A program made the translations under genes and the position numbers. Below, piece by piece: positions 41,114 to 53,100 of a DNA stretch of 64,000 bases. Positions within the stretch are counted from its first letter, which is position 1. The number at the start of each line of letters is the position of its first letter. The notes below the pieces were generated by a model, which was not told where the DNA came from, ran no database searches, and saw only the letters and a program-made list of their open reading frames with translations. This stretch comes from Lama guanicoe (Eukaryota), in assembly GCA_013239625.1 (NCBI GenBank), contig MU054098.1, forward strand, positions 434,001-498,000. Direction: 5' to 3'.

Positions 41114-44100
41114 GTAAACAAACAATGGAATAGTTTCAAAATTAGGGATATTAACTGTCTTTTCAACCTACTCTGTAAAAGTGTATACCAAATAGGTGGA
41201 TTGTTATTGGAAATATTTCAAGAAGTCCATACACAAAAGATATGCTCTTACTAGTCGGCCTTATGTATAAGGTAACTGATGATAACAAACATTTTGTGGG
41301 ATAAAAGCCAAACTAAAAGACTTTCCATACTATTTCTAACAAATAGGTTAATTATCTGTAACTTCATTGCGGAGGCCCCAACTAACTGAAAACTTTTCTA
41401 AACTACTATCCTTAACTTTTAAGACAATTACATAAATTTTAGAAATACAGAGATTTAAATAAAATTGAAAGATAATTACAGAATTATTAAATCATGTCTA
41501 ATAAACTTTCTTCATTGTGTAAGGTAATTAGAACAATGCATTCAACAAAGATTTCTCATCCTGAGTTGAAACAGAATTGTCATTTCATCCTGAATTGAGA
41601 ACTTTACTGGTTCGTGGGGGTCCCATTTCAAATCATTATTTGTGCCACCAGTTCATCTGTGGATTGTTTTCCTCACTCAATAAGTAATATTAAGGGAAGT
41701 ATTAAAATGAATAATAGGGCAGGAATGAGAGGAAATTATTAACAGATAGGCAACATGAGGACAGTACTATAGTACTACTAGATTTGCTAGTAGGAAAGTT
41801 TATAATTTGTTTGTTTTAAATCACCAGATGGGATAGCCACTGCCTCCCACTGCCCCCTCCCTCAAAATAAAAAGGGGCTGTTTCCTGATGTCATTCTACT
41901 CGGCTGCCTGCCACTTTTTCTTGAGTCTTTCCAAAGACTGGCTCTGGTTTGCAATACTCTAGTTGGCTAGAGGATTCAATTATCCAGAATGCATCAAAAA
42001 GATCTTCCAGTTCTCCTAATTCTTAAGGCACTTAACCATAGTAGCCATATTTTATATTTTCTATCCCTTTTGTGTGTGTGCCATGATATATGCATATAGT
42101 AAACAATGGATTAATACTGACTGATTCTTGCTATTAGAGAGATTTATATAATAGAGTCTTCCCATCTAGATCACATTCTGGTCTATATGACCACAGAGAT
42201 AACTCCATGTTTAATTTCTTGTTTCCATGAAAACTTAGTACTTAGCTAGGTTAAGTCACATTTTGCATATGTGATTTCTTAAATAAGGGACAACTATATA
42301 GCAGTAATCTAGATTTTTAAAAACAGCTTTATTGAAATATAATTTACAAAATATAAAACTCACCCTTTTAAACTGTACTATTTAGTGATTTTTAGTATAT
42401 TCACCAAGTTGTATAACAGCACAATTATCAAATTCCAGAATATTTACATCAGTCCTAAATGCATTCAGCAATCACATCTCATTTTCTTCTCCCTCTAGAC
42501 CCTAGCAATCACTAAGTGATTTTCTGTCTCTATGGATCTGCCTATTCTGATATTTCACATAAATGGAATCATACAATATGTGGTCTTTTGTGATTGGCTT
42601 CTTTCAGTTAGCTTAATATTTTCAAGGTTCGTTCATGTTGTAGCATGTACCAGTATTTCATTCTTTCTTATGGCTAGATAATATTCCATTGTATGGATGT
42701 ATCACAGTTTATTTATCCATTCACCACTTGATGGACATATGAAAGTAACCTAGATTTAGCAATGTTTGTCATGAGATATAGGAAAAAAGTAAAAATATTT
42801 TATTGATTTTATTTCAGTTAATCCTCCTCAGGATTTTGAAATAGTGGATCCTGGATATTTGGGTTATCTCTGTTTGCAGTGGCAACCTCCGCTGTCTCTG
42901 GGTAATTTTAAGGAATGCACAATAGAATATGAATTAAAATACCGAAACATTGATAGTGAAAGTTGGAAGGTAAGCAAAGCAGGCACTTAAGATATTAGAG
43001 AGATTATTAGTTTTCTTGTGATTCCTGATGTCAGTATCTACCTTTATTCCTGTATCTCAGTAGCTATTCCTGCTGCTATCTCCTGTGCATCCTGCCACGT
43101 ATATTTTCACCCCACCCAGATACATTGGAAATACAGGAAAAAAGAAAACTTGGTCCCATGGAATATGGACTTGAAGAGTACTTACACATTTTACCATCTT
43201 CTGAAGTTACTTACATACCTATATATGGGTCTTATATTTGCTACTGAGCTATGTGAACTTTTTCTCTGTAGGAATCAAGCCATATTATCTTTGTACTCTG
43301 CCCATAGAACACAGCATGGTTCTTTGCATATATTGCAGTAAGTGCTCAATGAAAGTTTACTGAAATATTAACTATATACAAAGTCAATAAGCACGTTCAT
43401 TCAAAGATTTCTGTTGTAGAAGGCATTCTGTTATCTTCCTAATTCAGCTAGGTAGTTTCAAGGGACGATTCAAACCAAACGTTCATTGAGCAATTTTTGT
43501 GCCAGGCACTCTGCTAGCTAGGTATCAGGAATAGAAGGATAAATGATATATGATTTTAGACCTTCAGGAGGTCACACACTTTGTCTGGTTTTCTCCAGTT
43601 ACTTCCAAGATTTTATGTGATTCCTGAAGAGTTCATATGATATTTGAAAGGTGATGAATTATTTGTCTTGTAATATGCATGTGGTATGTGAAAATTATCT
43701 TTTGATTTCAAGATGGTTATAGCTCAAGTTCCTGCCACAGAGCCATTTTTCTTGGTTTTTGGGGGAGAATGAGATGTTAATATTCAAATGATCTCATCAA
43801 ATGATATAATATGTACAAGTGAGCTCTGTCAGAAATATATCTGGGACATTTTATCAGATAATCATCAGAAATTTCTTAGCTATTAGGAACTCTCCAGGAT
43901 ATTAATGACTTCTTAGCCTTGTTAATGTGGCTCCTGATGCCATTATTGTTTCGAAGCTTGACTTTGTCTCATCTTTTTATCAAACAGACGATCATTACTA
44001 AGAAGCTGTATTATAAAGACGGATTTGATCTTAACAAAGGTGTTGAAGCAAAGATACACACACTTCTGACAGGGCAGTGCACAAACGGTTCAGAAGTTCA

Positions 44101-47100
44101 AAGCTCATGGTCAGAAGCTACTTATTGGACATCAACACAAGGTTAAAGCAAAGCTTTCTTTTTATGTTTAATAATGTCAGAACAGTCTATGTAGGAAGTA
44201 GTCCCTTAACCCTGATACACCAGATTGTATGTACAATTGAGAATGTGGCACAAAAAAGAATCCTTAGGAGTGGGTGACTGGCCTTTGTGAATTCTTTAAA
44301 TCAGCAAACACATTTGGCAAAACCTACATCTTGTTAGGCTGATATAGTTCCCAGTTTGGGCCTCATATTAGTAAAGTGGATATGAGTATTTACACAATAG
44401 CTCAGAGCATCTTAGAATTATTAATTTAGTACTTTGCTTGTGCTTACACTAGTACCAGTAAATGAGCCCTCAAAAATTTTTGATTTTACACACTCCACTT
44501 ACAGTGAAGTGATTTCCAACAACTTCCTTCTGGGGTATTCCTGATTATGTTGATTGCTAAGTGAAATGGAGAAGTCCAAGGAAATGAAATACAATTGCAT
44601 AATGGTTTTCCAAATGATTCATCACCATGTCTTTCAAGCATTCACAGTTTATTCATTTCTTAGGAAATCTGGAAACTAAAATTCAGGATATGGATTGTGT
44701 ATATTACAACTGGCAATATTTACTATGCTCTTGGAAACCTGGCATGGGTGTCCATTTTGATACCAATTACAGCTTGTTTTACTGGTAAGTATTTTTAACA
44801 GTAAGAATTCCATATTAGGAAGATATCTGTCAAAATTAATCCACAGTATGAGTAACTGTATTTTCACTAAATTAAATGATATTTTTTCAGAGTTGTATTT
44901 ATGATGAGGTTATTTAAAATTATTTGGGGTTTTCAATGGGAGTAAGTAGGTTTAGGCTGTAGCTAATAGAATGCACTCTATGGGTGATATAAGGAATGCA
45001 ATAATTGTTTCTGTACTGGATTAAATTTTGTATCTTTTAGATAGATGGAGTTATAACCTAAAAAATTTTGGCATATTTCATATTCTTGCCTTTTAAAAAA
45101 AGCTATTAAAACTGGATCCTTCTTCTGACTTTTCTACTTTTGTTAACTGTCACGGAGGCTTTATACTTAGAGCCATCTTGAATCTTCTATCTCCTTCATT
45201 TCTTAATTGTTTCATGGTAACACTGATCACCATGATCAACACTGATGCTCCTTTGCAAGGTCTCACATCTGTTCTTTACTTCACATCTCTACTGTAAGAA
45301 CTGTTCTTTAGACTTACCTCATTCCACACCTGGATTATTGCCATAGCCTCCCAAATTTATTATATTTTTAATTGAGGTACAGTCAGTTACAATGTGTCAA
45401 TTTCTGGTGTATAGCACAATGTCCCAGTCATGCATATATATACATATATTTGTTTTCGTATTCTTTTTCATTAAAGGTTATTACAAGGTATTGAACATAG
45501 TTCCCTGTGCTATATAGAGGAAAATTTGTTTAAAAATCTACTTTTATATGTAGTCATAGCCTCCCAAATGATGATCTTTCTGCTTCTAGTCTCTCCTATT
45601 TGTTCTGCACGCTGTAGCTGGATTTATCTCCCTATTCTGCTATTTTCATATGCCATTCATTTGCTCAAAAACCTCCAGTGGCTATTCATTGCCTCCAGGA
45701 TAAAATCCAGGCTGCCACTCATCTCTGCCTCACTATATCACTGCCTTTCCAACATTACCTTCTACTATCAGAATGTTAGTATGAATGAATGTTAGCAAAA
45801 TGAATGTTCCACTCCATTTAGATCCATCTCTACATTTTTTTCTCACCCATATTATGATCTTTTATGCCTTTGTGTGCACTGCTATCTAGAATACCATCTG
45901 GCTGTCTCTGTCACTAACTTATCCATCCTTCAAGGCCCATCTGGTACTCAATTTCGTTAACTCTTTACTGATCACATTAGTTTCTGTTCAGTTTTTCTCT
46001 GAACTATTACTTATTATAGCTCTTACTCATTGTCCAGATGACCTTTAAATTTTTGTCATACATGTATGTTTTGTCACCTCTCTTAAATTTTTAAGAGATT
46101 GATAGGCATGGCCAATTTCTTATATTTCTCTTGACTATCTCTGCTGTGCTATGCCCATAGTAGATTATCACTAAATATTCATTAAATGAATATACCAAAT
46201 GATGATAGCATTGATAAGTTGATAGGTAAGTGTCAGAACTTACGCATTTTTAAATACCAGAAAAAACAAAAGAGGACAAAGTGTTACTCTTTGTGAGTTT
46301 CAGGCCCAAATTATGGTGTTTTTCTTTAGAAAATCATAATATATAAGCAATAAGGTATAAGCTATTAACAGTCCTGAGTACTGGTTTCTAATCTATGCAC
46401 TGGCATCATTCAACTTAATGGTCTTGAGTAAGCAATTTCCCTTTTGAGGAAGTCTCAGTTTCCTCATCTGGAATTGGATGGGTCAATTTTTAAGGTCTGG
46501 CTTATTTGTCCATTAATTCAACAAATGTTAAGCAATTATTAAATGCCAGACATTGTTCTAGGTAAAGAGAATAAAAGTGTAAATAGGACAAAATCTCTGT
46601 CCTCTTGTACATCGTAGCTCATGTTTAACATAACTTTATCCTCAGTAAAGTAGTGAAAGATAGATATTAACATTTTAGAGACTGGAAAATAAGGGTACTA
46701 TGAGGCTTTCCACTGGCATAAAGTAAATCTGTGTATCAAGCCTAGAACACAAGTCTCCCAAACTCTGATCAGGTAAACTAACTCAGAGACTACAATTCTG
46801 CAGACTCGACCTAAAGTAAATACTGGGCATAAGGTGAATTCAGTAGAGTCCAGATATTGGTACCAGGACCTTATGAGCTGCTAGATTGGCCTCATTTCAA
46901 AAAAAGATTTTGGCTGCTTTTACAGACAATATCACATTTTGCATTATAAGCTATTGTTTAGGAAAATAAACCGGGCATTTGTTCCTTTGGAATTCAGTAG
47001 GGAAATTCCCCCTAATTCCCATTAGCTTTGTTACTGGAAAGAGGTTAACTTGCAATGATATCTAGGAGAGTGGGGAATTAAATATTTACTTGCCAAACAG

Positions 47101-50100
47101 CTCTTCTTTTTCTTTTTGAGCCCATGTTGGCTTTTCTGAGGTTTATCTCTTCATGGATATTAAATCCTCGGAGGATTTTCATTCATTTTATTAAACATAA
47201 GAATATTTTGTAAGTCTGCTTTTAAATATGCTTTCTTCTAATAAGTTCTCCAGTACAATGTAAGAAAAGCAGTATCATCCAGGATTATCAATATAAACCC
47301 CACATTTTCTTAATAGGAATCTTATTCTTTGATTCACAAATTCTGTTGGTGAGTCAACATAACCTAACTGTAAGAGTAAGAATTTTTGCCTTATCTTTGA
47401 GATTTTGTAAGACTCCCACCAGATTGTAAATTCTGTCGCCTATGTCTATTTTCCTTACTGTTGTAACCTTAGCGTTTATTATAGGATATGGCACATAGTT
47501 GGTCCTCAATAAATATTGCAAGTTATTAAATGATTTGTTATTTACCTGGTATCTTAAAATAATTGAAAATAGAACACCATGCTACTAGAAGATACTAGTA
47601 AACAACTCTTACAACATTTCTTTTTATAGGTATGAGGGCTTGGACCATGCAGTACAGTGTGCAGATTACATCAAGGCTAATGGAAAAAATATTGGATGCA
47701 GGTTTCCTTATTTGGAGTCATCAGACTATAAAGATTTTTACATCTGTGTTAATGGATCATCAGAATCTCAGGCTATCACTCCGAGCTATTTCATTTTTCA
47801 GCTTCAAAATATAGGTGAAGTAAACAAACAACTTCAAAATGTTTCTAGTTTTAGATCATTTACAACCATGTTAAAGAGAGAGAGATACCTACAGAAATGC
47901 TAAGCCAGAAAAATGGGGGCCAACAGAGCATACAAGGAAGCACTGATTAAATATAAAAGTATGGAAGATAAGGAATTGAATGAATATAAAGTATCATTTT
48001 TATTTAGAACTCACAATTTGTTTCCCAGCCTCAGAATCTGTCTAGTATTTTTTTTTTTGTCTAGACAGTATTTTTGTCTAGTATTAGTGATGGAGTAATT
48101 AGGGAAGCACTTATTCCCAAGCCTCAATAGGCAAATGATTGGATATTGTCTGAATCTGTGTTCTGAGTCCTAACAGTTACAAGAATGACAGGTTCTACAG
48201 TCAGCCATATCTGGGTCTGAATCTTGAATTTACCACTTTCTAAACGTATGACTTTGGACGAGTTACTTTAAACATGCTTCAATTTCCCTGTCAGTAAAAT
48301 GAAGACAATAGAGGACCACCTCATAGATTTATTGTGAGACATGAATAGTTTATGACATAACTTTTTTGGTTGTGTGTCTGACACATCATAAGCTCTAAAT
48401 AACAATTAGCTGTTAATAAAAATAGTAGTAATTGTTGTGGTAGTTGTTTCTAATGCTGTAAAATGGAAACAATAACTGTAATGATTTGGATCTTCTAACG
48501 TTTGTACTTAAATATTTGCCAATATGTGACTTATCAAAAATTAGTCCCCCAAATAACCAAGTTTCTTAATAAACTAATCTTGGTTGGCAAGCAGCTTTGG
48601 TGTTAATTCACATTTTGGAGGATAGTCTTAAGCCACCTGATTCATCCTGGAGACTTTTGATAAGAGCTACTGCTAAACTTTAATAACCTCCATGTTGAAA
48701 TGGTCTCCTTTTAATTTTCAGTTAAACCTTTGCCACCAGACGACCTTAGTTTTTCTGTGAAGAATTCAAAAGAAATTAACTTGAAATGGAGCATCCCCAG
48801 AGGACCTATTCCAGCAAAGTGTTTCATTTATGAAATTGAGTTTAAAGAAGATGATACTGCCTGGGTGGTATGGACATTGTGATTACTTGGGGAAATCATG
48901 AAGTTAGCCTATTAAATAAAATAGCAAACAATAAGAACCAAAATCAGTTGCTATCAGTATGAGGAATAGAACATGGCATATACTTTTAATTTCCGGAAAA
49001 CCAAATAATCTAGGGGATGAAAGAAAGATTCTTGCTGTCTGAAAGTTTAATCAATCATACCGATTTTAAAGCTACACAGGCCCTTAGAGATAATCTCGTC
49101 ACTTCTTTCCAATATTGTGTCAAAAAATTAAAGTTGTCAAGCACATGCATAAGATGGATTGTGAAGACGCCTCAAGTAACAAGAAACTGAAACAAAAAGC
49201 ACAAAGAAACATAAAAACCACTTCTTGGGGAACAACCATCAGGTCCAAATTAGCGTAGAGTCTGGCAGGGCTACTGGAGAATTGCTTGTAGCAGGGAAGA
49301 GGGGTAAATTGTGGAAGCAGGCAATGGTTGCAAGACTAATTACCCCCCAGCACTAATAATGTGGTGATGCCTTTAGCCCACGTTGTTATATATTAATTTT
49401 ATTCATCGGTTTTTAATTTAGGGAGTGGTGGAGACAAGTAGATGAGCCATTAGTTCTAATCAGTTTGTTTCATATACAGATGAGAAAACTGGGAGTTGAA
49501 CTGATTTATAAATCCCAAGGAAGTGAAGTGACTTAAAGTCAAATTGCACAGCTAGAACGAGAATCCAAATCTTATTCCCAGTCCACTTTAACCTACACTG
49601 TATTATGCTGGTTCCCAAGAAAAAATATAACAAAAAGAAAGCTGTAATTTTGGATAAGAAAAATTCTTCAGCTCTTTGAAATATAAAATTGAAGTAATCA
49701 CTTCAGTGATTTTTTTTTTTCCTTTTGAGCTCATTCAGCCTATATATCTTCATATCAGAAGGGGTAGTTTCATGTCAAGCCCTGAGCGTTGTTGCACTGA
49801 TCTCATGATGGTTAAGCAAAATAAGAATGAGGGAAAAAAGAACCTTTGTGTTTATGAACTCTATAATCTCCATAGAAATCACATTCACATGATGACTCTT
49901 TTTGCTAACTCAGTATATATAGCATTTTCCAGTTTATAGGATCTGGGAAATTTGACACTAATCCAAATACTGGGTGTCATAAACACCAAAACACCAAAAC
50001 TACCTAGGAATTTTGTCCTGTGACACCTGTCCTTTACTACTAGAGATCCATTACCAGTATAGAAAAATTTAAAAATATAGATAAGGAAGAGAAAAATGAA

Positions 50101-53100
50101 AAACAAAACAAAAAATATACCATACAGGGAGATAATCACTGAAATATACCTTTCTAGTCATTTGATGCATATCTTTCACACAGCAAAACTCACTTTGAAA
50201 ATGACAAATCAAATGGAATCTGGGTACCTGCTATTAGTTAAAATAATGGCATCTTATTTTTTTCTTGACTTTCAGACTACTACAATTGAAAATGAAATAT
50301 ACTTCACAAGAACATCAAATGAAAGCCACCGATTATGCTTTTTAGTAAGAAGCAAAGTGAATATTTATTGCTCAGATGATGGAATATGGAGTGAGTGGGG
50401 TGATGAACAATGCTGGAAAGGTATGAGATTAAAACAACAACAACAACAAAAACTGCCCAAAAACCAGTGACTAGAGTATTTCTAGCATTATTTGAAGAAG
50501 AAGATGCCTTACTGGATGCCATAGGTCACTACAGTTCAGTGACACTGGTTATCCAAATGATAGGATCAACTCTTCTTCAAGATTATTTTTTAAATTAAAG
50601 TGTAGTTGATGTACAATATTATATAAGTTGCAAGTCTACAATTTAGCAATTCACAATTTCTAAAGATTACTCCATTTATAGTTATTATAGAATATTGGCT
50701 ACATTCCCTATTTTTATGTCTATAACAGTGATTGAGCTTTTCCACATTGCAAGACTCAATCGGTTCTGTTTGATTTTTCCTACTTTCATTTGCCAAGCTA
50801 ATCTTACCTGTTTTGCTTTCATTTTACTAGTGGATTATTTCCAATGATACTCTTAGCTCCAAAGTATGGTGGCAATGTTCTTGAGCTTCTTATATACTAA
50901 CTAGCTAGATGTTAACCACACTCTCAATTGTAGTCGTACAATGACTCTGAGGTTTTACTTGCAAGCATGTATGTATTTTATGAGAACCTTGACGTTATTA
51001 TGTGCCTTCTTTATGTGGTTTGGAAACCTGTATGCTCATTATTCAAGTTTTTTATAGTCTATGCCTCTTCCCCATTAAGATTTAAAGGAATCCATTCATA
51101 CAATGTTAGAAAGAAGGAACAACTGTAAAATATGTTGATATAGTTACTGAAGAAAATATACTGATAAAAGAACAGTACTAAATAACTGGGGCTATTTGCT
51201 AGCAAAATTAATTTTCTTTTAGTGTATTTTGTAATCATGCAAGTCAAGATGCTCTTGTGAATCGTCTATAAACAGAGAAGATAAATTAGCAAGCCTCTGA
51301 AGTGAATATAGATTTATGGAAAATCTAATGTTCAGTTTTCACTAGTTTAACTAAGAGTCTGTTATAGTTCTATTATCGACATTCTTGTCTTTCTGACTGA
51401 CGGTAAAGAGAATATGCTAGTTCTTTTGAGGGGGAGTCTGTTTTAATTACTAGTTTCCTATGCTTTCAATTTTCAAGGGGACAGAAATCTTAAAGCAAGG
51501 ATAGGTAGCATACATTCGTTTTAGAGTGTCTGGTACTGTGCCTAATGGATATTTTTCTAATTGATATGTCATCATGAGCAAAATGCACATTCCATTCACT
51601 TTCAATAGTGATTTAAAGTGACTTGAGATAAAAACATGTATTTAAATTAAATAGCAATATAAAATAAAAGCCTTGAGAGTCAGGGAAAATATTATTGTAC
51701 TTTACAGTATACTGGCTTTATCAATAGAAATTGTTAATAGTTGATTGAAATTGCAGGAAATTAATTCAGCATTGATCTTTCACATAAAGATAAGTAAATA
51801 CATATACAGGTATAGATACAGACATATAATGGCATTTGTATCAATCATTCATCTCCTTTCATGTTATTCCATTATAATAGAATCCCTGTATGACTATTAT
51901 CTCCCTATTAATATAGTGGTATCACTGTTCTTTGTCAAACATCAAATATTTATTAAACATGAAGTTATCAGACTTTTTCAAGCATTGGAAATACAGCAGT
52001 AAAAAAAAAAAAAACCCTCATGGAATTTATATTTTATTCCCAAGTTGAGTAGAGATAAGCAATAAAGAAGACAAATATATCATATAATCATTAAGGGCAA
52101 TGGAGAAAAAATAGACAGAGAAGGGGAGAACTCAGTTAATTAAGAGATATATGGAATCAGAAAGAACACTTACTGGTTTGATGTTTTTCATTTTTGTCAC
52201 TACTATAAGAAACCTGGAGACGCTGTGGAACTGACATTGAGAAAGTCATGCCCTGAAAGATATCCTGTTATTAATGCATAGTTTAAAATGGATATGGTGG
52301 GGTTTTAGCTACCCCCTCAAAAAATACATCCTGTTACGTATTTTACATGCTATCTTAACCATGACGTTGATGACAGATTTCTTTTGCTCTGATGGATATC
52401 TCTTGGTAGTCTTAATAACTTTGAGATTGGGAACAAAGAGTTTCCTGAGATGCATGTGGTCTTAGTTCTTTCGGACATTTCTTATTGGATGTTTTAACTT
52501 ACAGAAAAATAGCACAATACTTTTTTTTGAAATGATAATATATCTTCTTCAGGATTAACTCTATGTGTAGGGAAAACACGGAAACTTCATGAAAGAAGCC
52601 TGCTTTCCCACTGTTAATTTTGCATGCCAAAAAACTTCCATTATTAGTCATTTCTCTCCATTATACCCTTGCAATTCTTAACTGAACTGAGCCTACGAAT
52701 TTGACTGGTAATTTTCTAGTAGAAAATAAGATCCTAAGGGAATAGGACAAAGAAAAAGGTGGGGTTGGGGGAAGGTTTGAGTATAGATATCAGCCTAGGA
52801 TTCATTCCATGGTACTTCAAAACCAGTGGGAGATACTAGTTTTGGAAGGATAGACTTTGTGTACTATTTAAGTTTGTCTAGTGATTACTCATTTCTTGCT
52901 ATGCAGAAGAACTATTAAAACTTCATCCCTGAAAAAAAAAAGCCTCATCTCTTTAGTCGCCAAAATGTGAGACAACTTTAGAAACATGACCTTTAAAAAC
53001 TAGTTCCATTATTCACATAGAGATTTTTATTGAAGACCTGCTCTCACTCACTACAGCATTGTATAATTTAATAGAAACACTTGACTTACTGAGAGTTAAG

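Noticed and set aside
50433..50449. Apparent polyglutamine/polythreonine tract in ORFs 50096..50470 and 50410..50598
   Set aside because: An intronic (CAA)n repeat just after the donor site; not part of the canonical protein.
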